Assembly: GCA_051955835.1 (NCBI GenBank)
Contig: JBQCGH010000120.1
Coordinates: forward strand, 7,019 to 71,018
From: Gemmatimonadales bacterium
GTDB taxonomy: Bacteria; Gemmatimonadota; Gemmatimonadetes; Gemmatimonadales; GWC2-71-9
DNA length: 64,000 nt
Direction: 5' to 3'
A program made the position numbers and the translations under genes. Of this stretch, positions 44,028 through 57,584 are shown piece after piece (the stretch's first letter is position 1; the number at the start of each line of letters is the position of its first letter). The notes under the pieces are model-generated. The model was not told where the DNA came from and searched no databases. It worked only from the letters and a program-made list of their open reading frames with translations.

Positions 44028-45395
44028 ATGAGCGCCCGGCGGATCCGGCTCCCCCACCCGCTCGTCCTACTGGTCCTCTGCGTGGTCGCCGCCGCCGCGC
44101 TCACCTGGGTGCTGCCGGCGGGCCAGTACGACCGGCGCCACGACGAGGCGACGGGGCGCGACATCGTTGTCGCCGGCACCTACCATCCGGTGGCCGCGAG
44201 CCCCGTCGGCGCATTCGAGACGCTTGTCGCCATTCCCAAGGGCATGGAGGACGCGGGCTCGATCATCTTCTACGTCTTCCTCGTCGGCGGCGCCTTCGCC
44301 GTGGTCGAGCGGACCGGGACGCTGGCGAGACTGGTCGAATGGCTGGTCCACCGGCTTGCGGGGCGAGGCTTGTGGGCGGTTCCAATCGTCGGGTTCGTCT
44401 TCGCCTGGGGCGGGATTCTCATTCAGATGCAGGAGGAGCTGATCGCGTTCGTGCCCGTGCTGCTCCTACTGGTCCGGCGGCTCGGGTTGAACGCGCTCAC
44501 CGCGGTCGCGATGAGCATGGGGGTGGCGGCGGTGGGCGCGTCGTTCAGCTTCATCAACCCCTTTCAGGTGGGCATCGCGCAGAAGGTGGCCGAGCTGCCG
44601 CCGCTCAGCGGCATGGCCTTCCGGTGCCTGGCGCTGGCAGCGGCGTGGCTGATCTGGATCGCCGGGACGATGCGTTTCGCGCGCCGCACGCGCATCGCGC
44701 CCGAGACGGCGGCCGCTGCGGAGGCCGAGGCGCGGCCGCCGGCGGGGACGGCCGGATGGCGACAGACGGTCGTCCTCGTCATCGTCGTGCTCACGTTCGT
44801 CGCCTTCGTGTACGGCGTGAAGGTGCTTGGGTGGGACTTCGATCAGCTGTCGGCGCTGTTCTTTCTGATGGGAGCGGCCGCTGGATTGATCGGCGGTCTC
44901 GGGCTGGGGGGCACCGCCGAGGGCTATGTCGAGGGGTTCCGTTCCATGGCCTTCGCGGGACTCCTCATCGGATTCGCGCGCGCGATTTTCATCGTGCTGG
45001 ACCAGGGACACGTGGTGGACACGATCGTCCACGGGCTGCTCGTTCCGATCGCCATCCTCCCGACAACGCTGGCAGCGCTCGGCATGATGGCCTTCCACGC
45101 GCTCGTCCATCTGCCGGTCCCGAGCACGAGCGGCCAAGCCGTCCTGACGCTACCGCTGCTGGTGCCGCTGTCGGACCTGATCGGCCTGTCGCGGCAGGTG
45201 ACCGTGCTTGCCTATCAGTACGGCGCGGGCCTGTGCGAGCTGGTCACGCCGACCAACGGCGCGCTGATGGCGATGCTGGCGGCGAGCGGGGTGCGGTATG
45301 AGGACTGGCTGCGGTTCGTGCTGCCGGTGGTCGGCGCGCTCGTGGCGCTCGCCGCACTGGCGATCGGTCTGGCCGTGGCGGTCGGGCTCAAGTAA
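44028..45395 (+). CDS. YfcC-family (DcuC/AbgT-like) integral membrane transporter
   Basis: About 12 TM segments. 'GMEDAGSIIFYVFLVGGAFAVVERTG' resembles the YfcC family. Confidence 0.7.
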   Translation: MSARRIRLPHPLVLLVLCVVAAAALTWVLPAGQYDRRHDEATGRDIVVAGTYHPVAASPVGAFETLVAIPKGMEDAGSIIFYVFLVGGAFAVVERTGTLARLVEWLVHRLAGRGLWAVPIVGFVFAWGGILIQMQEELIAFVPVLLLLVRRLGLNALTAVAMSMGVAAVGASFSFINPFQVGIAQKVAELPPLSGMAFRCLALAAAWLIWIAGTMRFARRTRIAPETAAAAEAEARPPAGTAGWRQTVVLVIVVLTFVAFVYGVKVLGWDFDQLSALFFLMGAAAGLIGGLGLGGTAEGYVEGFRSMAFAGLLIGFARAIFIVLDQGHVVDTIVHGLLVPIAILPTTLAALGMMAFHALVHLPVPSTSGQAVLTLPLLVPLSDLIGLSRQVTVLAYQYGAGLCELVTPTNGALMAMLAASGVRYEDWLRFVLPVVGALVALAALAIGLAVAVGLK

Positions 45396-45831
45396 CGCCG
45401 GCGAGCGTCTCGAGGGTCTTGAGGTCCGCCACGCCGACGTGGCGCCCGCGTTCCGCCCCTTGCTCGAAGACGATAACCGTCGGAATGCCGCGAATCCCGT
45501 AGCGTCCGGCGATGGCCGGATTGGCATCGGTGTCGAGCTTGAGCACCAGGGCGCGCCCCGCGTGCCGGTTGGCGAACTCGTCCACTGTCGGCGCCATCAT
45601 GTGGCAAGGCCCGCACCAATCGGCGTAAAAGTCCACCGCGACCGGCACGGTGGTGCCCCGGAGCGTCTGATCGAAGTCGTCCTGGGTGACCTTGAGGGGA
45701 CGGTCCAGCAGGATGGGGCGGTGGCACTCCCCGCACTTCGGTCCGTTGGCGAGTTTGGCGAGGTCCACCCGGTTGGGGGTCTGGCAGAACACGCAGCGGA
45801 CGGTCGCGTGTCGATCTTCACTCAAGGGCAT
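45388..45831 (-). CDS. trxC: thioredoxin 2 (N-terminal zinc finger plus thioredoxin fold)
   Basis: 'CVFCQTPN...CGECHRP' zinc-finger cysteines, then 'DFYADWCGPCHMM'. Confidence 0.9.
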   Translation of the reverse strand: MPLSEDRHATVRCVFCQTPNRVDLAKLANGPKCGECHRPILLDRPLKVTQDDFDQTLRGTTVPVAVDFYADWCGPCHMMAPTVDEFANRHAGRALVLKLDTDANPAIAGRYGIRGIPTVIVFEQGAERGRHVGVADLKTLETLAGVT

Positions 45832-45998
45832 GGCGGGCTCCGTTCGCCGCGGGTCGGTGCTCCTGATTCAAGCTAAGTGTAGAAGGGCGGTTGCGCGTGG
45901 CAAGCAGTGAGTGACTGCGTTCACAGACAGGAACCGTTTACCTGGCATTAGTGTTGCACAGGGCGGTTGGTGAATCATACCGGAAGGCGGGTGGCCCC

Positions 45999-46430
45999 AT
46001 GAGCGAGCTCACCATTCGAGAAATGGGACAGGACGAGGACTTCTCGGCCTGGTTCTCCGAGCTCCTCGATCAGGAGGAAGGCCTCACGGGTTCGGGCGAC
46101 CTCGACGAGCATTACCTCATTCTCAGCAACGAGATCGGCGACTGGGTGGGCGGCCTGCGGTATTGGCTGAGGGGTGGAGTGGCCCACCTCGTCGACGTGG
46201 TAGTCCTGCCGCAGGAGCGGCATCAAGGCCACGCCCACCGGCTGCTGGCAGCCTTCGAGGAGCGGGCGTTGGAAGCCGGCGGACACGTGGCTGAATTCTG
46301 GACGGACGACGAGCGCTCCGAAGGTCTGCTCGCCGCGCTCGGCTGGCGCCGGATCTTCCGGCGGGAGGACTACATAGGGCACCGCCCCTGGGCACTCATG
46401 GAGAAGAGCCTGGGACAGGACGCCCGGTAA
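45999..46430 (+). CDS. GNAT family N-acetyltransferase
   Basis: 'VVLPQERHQGHAHRLLAAFEERALEAG' is an acetyl-CoA-binding motif A-like segment. ATG at 45999. Confidence 0.65.
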   Translation: MSELTIREMGQDEDFSAWFSELLDQEEGLTGSGDLDEHYLILSNEIGDWVGGLRYWLRGGVAHLVDVVVLPQERHQGHAHRLLAAFEERALEAGGHVAEFWTDDERSEGLLAALGWRRIFRREDYIGHRPWALMEKSLGQDAR

Positions 46431-46456
46431 GACTCCGCAAGTTCGTTGGCGCGGGC

Positions 46457-46496
46457 ACGACCAGTCGCTGTATCTTTGGCGGCTGGTCGTTTTGTC
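46457..46496 (+). terminator. intrinsic terminator
   Basis: 8-bp stem acgaccag/ctggtcgt (46457-64 / 46483-90) followed by ttttgt. Confidence 0.5.
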
Positions 46497-46545
46497 ATCG
46501 GATGGGGCGCGCCCCGTTCCTGCAGACTGCTACAAAAGGAAACAC

Positions 46546-47523
46546 ATGGGCTCCGCCATCGATTCGGCGCGCGACCTCGCCTCCAAGATCGAAGTTCTGC
46601 GAGACTTGGAAGAGCCGGTGCGCGAACTGATGGAGACCCATGAGCGGAAGCGGGACGTCTGGCTTCCCTCCGAGATCCTGGGTCCCCAGCCGGAAACCTG
46701 TCCCGACGAGTTCACCCGCCAGCTCCGCGATCAGGCCAAGGGTATCCCCGATCCGATCCGCGCCGCGCTCGCTCTCAACATGCTGACCGAGGAAGGGCTT
46801 CCGCACTTCCACCGGCTCCTGGCGGTGTACCTGGGCGACGACAGCCACTGGCGGGCCTGGAACAACCTGTGGACGGCCGAGGAGGATCGGCACGGCCAGG
46901 TGCTCCATGACTACTGCCGGGACACCCGACTGTTCGACCAGCGCAAGATCGAGGAGATGCAGTTCGAGTACCTGCGAGCGGGCTTCCATCCGGAGTGGGA
47001 CAAGGACCCGTACCGGGTCTTCGCGTACACCACCGTGCAGGAGCGGGCCACGCAGTTTTCCCATGGGGAGACCGGCCGCATCGTGGGCGAGTTCGAGCCG
47101 AGGCTCGCGCAGGTGCTGGGGCACGTCGCGAAGGACGAGGCCCGGCACTACGCATTCTACCGCAACGTCTTCGAGCTGATCCTCCAGCGAGACCCGAATG
47201 GCGCCCTCCATTCCGCATCCTTCATCCTTCCGGCGATCGACATGCCCGGGGTCACGATGCCCGGCTTCAAGGACCTGGCGGAGGTGATCCGCCGGGCGGG
47301 GATCTACGGTCCGCGCGACTACCTTCGCATCGTGCAGGAGCAGATTCGCTACTGGAAGATCGAGAGTCTCCAAGGCTTGAACGAGATCGGGCGGATTGCC
47401 CAGGAAAAGATCATGGGCATCCCCGCTCGCTTGAAGCGCATCGCCGAGCTGATGGAAACACGGAGCCGCGCCAAGACCTTCCGCTTCGAAGTCGTGTTCA
47501 ACCGCGAATTCGCGATGGATTGA
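46546..47523 (+). CDS. soluble acyl-ACP desaturase (di-iron, DesA-like)
   Basis: Di-iron ligand motifs 'TAEEDRHG' and 'AKDEARHY'. ATG at 46546 with AAGGA upstream. Confidence 0.85.
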   Translation: MGSAIDSARDLASKIEVLRDLEEPVRELMETHERKRDVWLPSEILGPQPETCPDEFTRQLRDQAKGIPDPIRAALALNMLTEEGLPHFHRLLAVYLGDDSHWRAWNNLWTAEEDRHGQVLHDYCRDTRLFDQRKIEEMQFEYLRAGFHPEWDKDPYRVFAYTTVQERATQFSHGETGRIVGEFEPRLAQVLGHVAKDEARHYAFYRNVFELILQRDPNGALHSASFILPAIDMPGVTMPGFKDLAEVIRRAGIYGPRDYLRIVQEQIRYWKIESLQGLNEIGRIAQEKIMGIPARLKRIAELMETRSRAKTFRFEVVFNREFAMD

Positions 47524-47969
47524 TGTGCCGCACCGCGGCGGGACGCCTGTTCGCGCTGGTGCTCCTGGCGGCATGCGGCGCCAAGGAATCGAGCCACCCC
47601 AGCCGGTCCGCCCCGGCGGCGGACTTGCCGCCGGACCGCCGAGACGCCGACCTCCTCGGGCGGGAGGTGTTCGAGCTGGTCGACCGTGCGATCGACTATC
47701 GCGGGTCGCACCAGGGCCGGCCGGCGCGGTCCTTTCGCCAGATGGGCGTCGACAGCCTCACCCCGACCACCGCGCGGACGCTGGTCAACCTCTCCCGCGA
47801 GCCGGTGGTCACCGTCGCCTTCCGTCACACCGCCAGCCGGGAGATCACCTCCTGCCGCGGCGACAGCCAGATCCTCGAGGAAGCCACGCTGAACGGCGGC
47901 CGGTTTACCGTCATGTGCACCAGCGTGTCGGGCTCGCAGCGGCCGATGCAGGTGGGTGCGGATCGCTGA
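47523..47969 (+). CDS. hypothetical lipoprotein
   Basis: The ATG overlaps the desaturase TGA by 1 nt. Lipobox 'LLAAC'. Confidence 0.5.
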   Translation: MCRTAAGRLFALVLLAACGAKESSHPSRSAPAADLPPDRRDADLLGREVFELVDRAIDYRGSHQGRPARSFRQMGVDSLTPTTARTLVNLSREPVVTVAFRHTASREITSCRGDSQILEEATLNGGRFTVMCTSVSGSQRPMQVGADR

Positions 47970-48558
47970 GCCTCCGCCGATGATGGTCTTTCCCTACCTC
48001 ATACTGATTACCCGCGTCGTGGTTGTGGCGGCGCTTGTCTATGCCACGGTCGTGGGGCTCACCCATTGGGCGGTGCGGAGCCGGCGGATCACCCCGTTCG
48101 GCGCGTGGCCTCGCTTCATTCGTCGCCTGAGCGACCCGGTGCTCCAGCCCCTGGAGCGTCGCATCGTGCGGTCGGGCGGCAATCCGCAGAGCGCCCCCCT
48201 CTGGCTCGTCGGCATCGCGGTCGTGGGCGGCCTGCTGCTCGTGAGCCTGGTCCAGTGGCTTGCCGGCTTCGCCGTCACGATGGCGATCCTCGCGCACTCC
48301 GGCCCGCGCGCCTGGGGCTATGCGGTCGTCAACGGCGTGTTCAGCGTGCTCATGGTGGCCCTGTTCGTGCGCGTCGTCTCGTCGTGGTTCGGCGTCTCCC
48401 CCTATCGGCCCTGGATGCGGCCCGTCATGATCCTGACCGACTGGATCATCGACCCGATCCGGCGCATCCTGCCTCCGTTCGGCATGATCGACTTCAGCCC
48501 CCTGGTGGCCTGGCTGCTGCTCAGTGTGGCCCGCGGGTTCGTGCTGTCACTCATCTGA
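47956..48558 (+). CDS. YggT family membrane protein (two YGGT repeats)
   Basis: 'LSDPVLQPLERRI' and 'IIDPIRRILPPFGMIDFSPLVAWLLL'. The start may be the ATG at 47980. Confidence 0.75.
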   Translation: MRIAEPPPMMVFPYLILITRVVVVAALVYATVVGLTHWAVRSRRITPFGAWPRFIRRLSDPVLQPLERRIVRSGGNPQSAPLWLVGIAVVGGLLLVSLVQWLAGFAVTMAILAHSGPRAWGYAVVNGVFSVLMVALFVRVVSSWFGVSPYRPWMRPVMILTDWIIDPIRRILPPFGMIDFSPLVAWLLLSVARGFVLSLI

Positions 48559-48623
48559 GAGGCCGGCGAGGCCTTGGCCCCGCCGGGGTGCGTGGGTTAC
48601 ACTTCGAGGGACGGACAATCAGT

Positions 48624-48705
48624 CGTGGCGATTTGCGCTGCTTGCGGCCACGTTAAACAACCGCTAAAACGCATCCCCTGAGGCGTTTGGCCCCAGGGGC
48701 TTTTT
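48624..48705 (+). promoter_or_regulatory. structured metH leader: 6-bp hairpin with a conserved-looking loop, then an intrinsic terminator (riboswitch or attenuator candidate)
   Basis: Stem cgtggc/gccacg (48624-29 / 48647-52) with loop GAUUUGCGCUGCUUGCG, then tail GCUAAAACGC. A 10-bp terminator stem at 48675-48699 is followed by cTTTTTc. The metH GTG is 18 nt further on. Confidence 0.5.
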
Positions 48706-48722
48706 CATCCCCGGAGTGAGCC

Positions 48723-52460
<3,738 letters not shown>

Positions 52461-52461
52461 C

Positions 52462-54342
52462 GTGCCTACCTTGCGCGACCTGCTGGCCGACGGCCGCGTT
52501 CACGTGGTGGACGGCGCGATGGGCACCATGCTGTACGGGCGCGGCGTCTTCCTCAACGTGTGTTACGACGAGCTCAACCTCCGGCAGCCGGATCTCGTCC
52601 GCGACATCCATCGCGAGTACGTGCGGGCCGGCGCCGAGCTGCTCGAGACCAACACCTTCGGCGCCAACCCGCTCAAGCTCGCGACGTACGGGCTGGGGGC
52701 CGAGACCGAGCGGATCAACACCGAGGCCGCCCGGCTCGCCCGGGAGGCCGCCGGCGCGCGCGCCGCGGTGCTCGGCGCCATCGGCCCGCTCGGCGTGCGG
52801 GTGGAGCCGTTCGGCGAGCTGTCGCTCGAGGAGGCCTGCGCCATGTACGAGCGCCAGGTGCGCGGGCTCGCCGCCGGCGGTGTCGAGGGTTTCATCCTTG
52901 AAACCTTCAGCGACGTGGCCGAGCTGGGCGCAGCCGTGCAGGCCGTGCGCTCGGTCTCCGACCTGCCGCTCATCGCCCAGATGACGGTGGGCACCAACGG
53001 GAAGACGCACTACGGGACCGATCCGGTCGTGTTCGGCCCCGAGCTCCAGGCAATGGGCGTGGATGTGATCGGGGTCAATTGCTCGGTGGGACCGCACGGC
53101 GTGCTGGAGGCCGTCGAGAAGCTCGCGCGAGTGGTGACCCTGCCGATCTCCGCCCAGCCGAATGCCGGTCTGCCGCGCGAGGTGGGCGATCGCAAGATCT
53201 ACATGGCGTCACCGGAGTACATGGCGAGCTACGCGCGGCGCATGGTCGAGGCCGGCGCGCGGTTCGTCGGCGGGTGCTGCGGCACGACACCGGACCACAT
53301 CCGCGCGATCGGGGCGTTCGTGCAGAGTGTCTCGCCCCGGCATGCATTCGATCTCGGCACGTTGCCGCCGCCGGCGCCGGCGGTCGCGGTCGCCTCGATC
53401 CCGTTGGCCGCGCGCTCACGATTCGGCGGCAAGCTCGCGGAGGGCAGGTTCGTCACCACCGTGGAGATCGTGCCGCCCAAGGGCGTGGATCCGACCCCCA
53501 TGTTCGAGCAGGTGCGCCAGCTCAAGGCCGCCGGGGTGGACGCGGTCAACGTCCCTGACGGCCCCCGGGCGCAGAGCCGGATGGGCGCGCTCCTCTCCGC
53601 GCTCATGATCCAGCGCGAAGTGGGGCTGGAGGCGGTGGTGCACTATGCCTGCCGCGACCGCAACCTGCTCGGCATGCTGTCCGACCTGCTCGGCGCCGCC
53701 GCCGCCGGCGTGCGGAACCTCCTCATCATCACCGGCGATCCGCCGAAGATGGGTCCGTACCCCGAGGCCACGGCGGTCTTCGACATCGACAGCATCGGCC
53801 TCACCAATCTGGTGAGCCGGCTGAATCACGGGCTCGATCCCGGCGGAAACCCGCTCGGCCAGCCCACCCGGTTCGTGATCGGCGTCGGCGTCAACCCGGC
53901 GGCGCCGGATCTCGAGCGTGAGCTCAAGCGGTTCGCCTACAAAGTGGAGGCCGGCGCGGAGTACGCGATCACGCAGCCCGTGTTCGATCTGGCCCAGCTC
54001 GATCGTTTCCTCTCCCGGGTGGAGAGCTTCAGGATCCCCATCGTCGCCGGCATCTGGCCGCTGGTCTCGCTGCGGAACGCGGAGTTCCTCGCCAACGAGG
54101 TGCCGGGTGTAAGCGTGCCGGACACGGTGGTCGAGCGGATGCGTGTCGCGAGCGCGCGCGGCAAGGAGGAAGCGTTGGCGGAGGGCGTGCGGATCTCGCG
54201 CGAAATGCTGGCGGCCGTGGCCGACCGGGTGCAAGGTGTGCAGGTGGCCGCGCCCCTCGGACGGGTGCCGGTGGCGCTCGACGTGCTCGAGGCCGCGCCG
54301 ATTGAACCCGTCGGAAGTCCGGGATATACTCCCCCGACCTGA
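52462..54342 (+). CDS. bifunctional homocysteine S-methyltransferase / 5,10-methylenetetrahydrofolate reductase (YitJ-type fusion)
   Basis: N-terminal half 'VVDGAMGTMLY...[14 protein letters not shown]'. C-terminal half MTHFR 'VTTVEIVPPKG...LIITGDPP...AITQPVFD'. GTG lies 1 nt after the metH stop. Confidence 0.9.
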   Translation: MPTLRDLLADGRVHVVDGAMGTMLYGRGVFLNVCYDELNLRQPDLVRDIHREYVRAGAELLETNTFGANPLKLATYGLGAETERINTEAARLAREAAGARAAVLGAIGPLGVRVEPFGELSLEEACAMYERQVRGLAAGGVEGFILETFSDVAELGAAVQAVRSVSDLPLIAQMTVGTNGKTHYGTDPVVFGPELQAMGVDVIGVNCSVGPHGVLEAVEKLARVVTLPISAQPNAGLPREVGDRKIYMASPEYMASYARRMVEAGARFVGGCCGTTPDHIRAIGAFVQSVSPRHAFDLGTLPPPAPAVAVASIPLAARSRFGGKLAEGRFVTTVEIVPPKGVDPTPMFEQVRQLKAAGVDAVNVPDGPRAQSRMGALLSALMIQREVGLEAVVHYACRDRNLLGMLSDLLGAAAAGVRNLLIITGDPPKMGPYPEATAVFDIDSIGLTNLVSRLNHGLDPGGNPLGQPTRFVIGVGVNPAAPDLERELKRFAYKVEAGAEYAITQPVFDLAQLDRFLSRVESFRIPIVAGIWPLVSLRNAEFLANEVPGVSVPDTVVERMRVASARGKEEALAEGVRISREMLAAVADRVQGVQVAAPLGRVPVALDVLEAAPIEPVGSPGYTPPT

Positions 54343-54380
54343 TCACCATCCCATCCGACCTCCGACGGAGCGCCAGCCGC

Positions 54381-55544
54381 ATGCAGGACCTCCGCAGTGC
54401 CGCGCCCGCCCTCACCACGTTGTCCGACGAAGAACAGATGTTCCGCGATGCCGTGCGCGAGTTCGCGGAGACGGAGGTGCGGCCCCACGTCCAGGCGATG
54501 GACGAGGCCGCCCAGTTCCGGGCGGATCTGATCCCGCGGTTCTTCGAGCTCGGCCTCATGGGCATCGAGGTGCCCGAGCGATTCGGGGGCGCGGGCGGCG
54601 GAATCTTCATGTCGGTGCTCGCGATCGAAGAGCTCGCCCGGATCGATGCGTCGGCCGCGATCTATGTCGATGTGCACAACACCCTGGTGAACAACGGCTT
54701 TCTCCGCTGGGCCAACGACGAGCAGCAGAGCCGCTACTTGCCACAACTCACCAGCGGGCTGCTGGGCGCATTCGCCCTCTCCGAGCCGGGGAGCGGGAGT
54801 GATGCGTTCGCCCTCGCCACGAGAGCCGCGCGCGTAGGCGAGAGGTGGGAGCTCACCGGCCGGAAGTTCTGGATCACGAACGGCGCCGAAGCCGGTGTGT
54901 TCATCGTGTTCGCGAACGTCGACCCGACGAAGGGTTACAAGGGAATCACCGGCTTCATCGTGGAGCGCGGCTTTCCGGGCTTTTCCGTCGGCAAGAAGGA
55001 AAGCAAGCTCGGTATCCGGGCCTCGAGCACGACCGAGCTCATCCTCGAGCAGTGTCAGGTGCCGGATGCCAACGTGCTCGGCCCGATCGGTCAGGGATAC
55101 AAGATCGCGATCGAGACCCTCAACGAGGGACGGATCGGCATCGGGGCGCAGATGATCGGTCTGGCGACCGGCGCACTCGAGGCCGCCACCGCGTACGTGA
55201 AGGAGCGGCGCCAGTTCGGCAAGGCGATCGCGGAGTTTCAAGGCGTGCAGTTCCAGCTCGCGCAGATGGCGACCGATCTGGAGGCCGCCCGCCTCATGGT
55301 CTACAACGCGGCGCGTCTCAAGGACGCGGGGCAGCCATTCGCCCAGCAGGCGGCCATGGCCAAGCTGTTCAGCTCGCAGGTCGCCGACCGCACGACCTCG
55401 AACTGTCTCGAGTTGTTCGGGGGTTACGGGTACTCGAAGGAATACCCGGCAGAGAAGTACTATCGCGACGCCAAGATCGGGACGATCTACGAGGGCACCA
55501 GCAACATGCAACTGCAGACCATCGCGAAGGCGCTGCTCAAGTAG
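54381..55544 (+). CDS. acyl-CoA dehydrogenase (short/branched-chain type)
   Basis: 'GAFALSEPGSGSDA', 'WITNG', and C-terminal 'IYEGTSNMQLQTIAK'. Confidence 0.9.
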   Translation: MQDLRSAAPALTTLSDEEQMFRDAVREFAETEVRPHVQAMDEAAQFRADLIPRFFELGLMGIEVPERFGGAGGGIFMSVLAIEELARIDASAAIYVDVHNTLVNNGFLRWANDEQQSRYLPQLTSGLLGAFALSEPGSGSDAFALATRAARVGERWELTGRKFWITNGAEAGVFIVFANVDPTKGYKGITGFIVERGFPGFSVGKKESKLGIRASSTTELILEQCQVPDANVLGPIGQGYKIAIETLNEGRIGIGAQMIGLATGALEAATAYVKERRQFGKAIAEFQGVQFQLAQMATDLEAARLMVYNAARLKDAGQPFAQQAAMAKLFSSQVADRTTSNCLELFGGYGYSKEYPAEKYYRDAKIGTIYEGTSNMQLQTIAKALLK

Positions 55545-55909
55545 TCGCCGGCACCGGGTTTTCGCAGGGGCACCACCACGCGGTCGGGCCCCAGCGCGTG
55601 GGTAACGCCCCGCACCGCCCGTTGAACCGGCGCGACGTCCCGCCCGGACCTGTCGCAGCATCGGGCCCACGGCCCGTTGTGGGGCCGCCCGGGAGCGTCC
55701 CATTCGTGACCCGCGTAGGGCTCACATCCGGGCCCGGTATTTGCACTTATCTGCTGCGACCGAGGCAGATGGCCGCCCCGCCGTGCAACTCCCCTGGGGT
55801 GCGCTACGTAACATAGCACCGAGCATAGTGTTAGAGTCTTGACACGCCGGGTCGCCCCGGGCGATACATTCTCCCGCTCGAACGTCAGCAGCCATCTTTT
55901 CGCAGGGAA

Positions 55910-57508
55910 GTGCCAGTGGGTCTTTCATCGTTCCAGTATCGAGTCGTGTCGTTCGTGGTCGCGGCGGCGCTGCACGCGCCGCTCGCATCGCTGGCGGCGC
56001 AGACCGACGCCGGTTGGTTGACCGGGAGGATGGACGCCTGGTACCACCGCACCCAACGCACCGCGCCAGGAGACTGGGGCATCGCCATTGCCGACCAGTC
56101 GGGCGCGCTGCTCTGGAGCATGAACCCTGACGACGCCCTGATGCCGGCCTCGACCGTCAAGCTGTTCACCACCGGCTTCGCCCGGAGCGTTCTGGGCGGC
56201 GGCGCCCGCCGGCCGACGCGGATCGTCGGCGTCGGCAACCTGGATCCCACGACTGGCGACTGGGTCGGTACTTGGGCCCTCGAGGTCAACGGCGATCCGT
56301 CGCTCGAGCGAGCCGAAGGTTCGGGGCCGACGCTGTACGATCTGGCATTACAGCTCGCGAGCGGCGGCATCCGCAAGCTCACCGGGCCGCTGCAGCTTCA
56401 GAGCTCCGACGGTCCCGCCGACGCGATCTATCCCGCCGTCTGGTCGGTGCATCATCAAGGGAGAATCTTCGCGCCGCTGGTTGGACCGCTCACGGTGCAC
56501 GAGAACGTCGTGTGGGTCACGGTGCAGCCTGGGGCGCGAGCGGGCCAGCGGCCTCGCATCATCGAGACCGCGCCGGACGGCATTCGACCGATGGTAACCG
56601 TCGCCGCGAGAACCCGGTCCGGCCGTCGATCGCGGCTCGCACTCACGGCTCGGGCGGACGGGAGCTGGATCCTCACCGGCACGATCGGCGTGCGCGCCGC
56701 GCCGCGCCGGCTCACGGCCGTCGCCCGCGATCCGCGCGCGGTGCTGACCGCGGTCTGGGCCGGCGCGCTGCAGCGCGCCGGCATTGCCTGGGTCCCCTCG
56801 TCCACCGTCGGGCCGCGACCAACCGGCGCCACCAGGGTCTTGGCCGAGGTTTCATCGCCGACGCTGGACTCGCTGGCGAGCGAGATCAACCGGCGAAGCC
56901 TCAATCTCGGCGCGGAGCTGCTGCTCCAGTGGGCCGGCGGGCGAGACCACGCGCCGGCACTCCTCACCGACTTTGTGCGGAGCGTGGTTGGTCCCGAGAG
57001 CGGCGTCACGCTAGTCGACGGGAGCGGTCTCTCCTACGACGACCGCGTCACGCCAAAAACGTTCGTCACCTATCTCGCGAAATTTCCGAACACCACGGCT
57101 GGCCGGAACTTCCCGATGCTCCTGCCCGCGAACGGCAGCGGCACCCTGCACCGGCTCAACAGCGGGTTCCCCGGCGTGGGCGTCGTGCGGGCCAAGACCG
57201 GCACGCTCGGCCGTGTGTCCACCGTGGTCGGCTATCTCGGCCGACCGGAAGGCACGCTGCTGGTGGCGCTCATGTACAATGGCGGCCGACCGTGGGCAGC
57301 GCGACAGGCGCAGTGGAAGCTGTTCCGGGAGCTCGGTGCCAACGGCGTCGTGATCCCGACCGACACGGTGCCCGAGGCTCCGCCGGTGCAGCTCGGCGGC
57401 GACCAGGCATCGCCGCCGCCGTCCTGGTGGCCCGCCGGCGCCGCCGAGAGCGACTCGGTTGCCGATGAGCCGGCGACGGACGATACGCTCCTGCAGATGC
57501 AGCACTGA
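55910..57508 (+). CDS. D-alanyl-D-alanine carboxypeptidase/endopeptidase (PBP4, peptidase S13)
   Basis: Signal peptide, SxxK 'PASTVKLFT', 'DGSGLS', 'KTGTL'. Confidence 0.85.
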   Translation: MPVGLSSFQYRVVSFVVAAALHAPLASLAAQTDAGWLTGRMDAWYHRTQRTAPGDWGIAIADQSGALLWSMNPDDALMPASTVKLFTTGFARSVLGGGARRPTRIVGVGNLDPTTGDWVGTWALEVNGDPSLERAEGSGPTLYDLALQLASGGIRKLTGPLQLQSSDGPADAIYPAVWSVHHQGRIFAPLVGPLTVHENVVWVTVQPGARAGQRPRIIETAPDGIRPMVTVAARTRSGRRSRLALTARADGSWILTGTIGVRAAPRRLTAVARDPRAVLTAVWAGALQRAGIAWVPSSTVGPRPTGATRVLAEVSSPTLDSLASEINRRSLNLGAELLLQWAGGRDHAPALLTDFVRSVVGPESGVTLVDGSGLSYDDRVTPKTFVTYLAKFPNTTAGRNFPMLLPANGSGTLHRLNSGFPGVGVVRAKTGTLGRVSTVVGYLGRPEGTLLVALMYNGGRPWAARQAQWKLFRELGANGVVIPTDTVPEAPPVQLGGDQASPPPSWWPAGAAESDSVADEPATDDTLLQMQH

Positions 57509-57534
57509 GGCGGACGCGACACCCAGTGGGACGA

Positions 57535-57564
57535 GGGGCAGGCCCCGGCGGGCCTGCCCCATTT
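57535..57564. terminator. bidirectional intrinsic terminator between convergent genes
   Basis: 11-bp stem ggggcaggccc/gggcctgcccc with a 4-nt loop. ATTT follows on the plus strand. Confidence 0.55.
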
Positions 57565-57584
57565 CGTGCGTGGTCGGGACAGCG

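Noticed and set aside
46546-47523. The acyl-ACP desaturase as the counterpart of the desaturase gene associated with Myxococcus Che7.
   Set aside because: It lies more than 3 kb beyond the che operon start, on the other strand, with several unrelated genes in between. It is a soluble di-iron acyl-ACP desaturase, not evidently the same family. The coincidence is noted but not supported.
48600-48722. A cobalamin riboswitch or SAH riboswitch in front of metH.
   Set aside because: I could find no B12-box-like sequence (AGYCMGGAGACCKGCC type). I also found none of the SAH-element blocks I recall (AGGAGCGCUGCGAC, CAGGCUCGG, AACGGCGCUC). The class is left open pending an Rfam scan.
55545-55909. A 365-nt intergenic gap after the acyl-CoA dehydrogenase gene as a possible ncRNA (RNase P, tmRNA or 6S).
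   Set aside because: No conserved blocks of those RNAs were recognisable. Only a possible TTGACA-type promoter for the PBP4 gene is visible.
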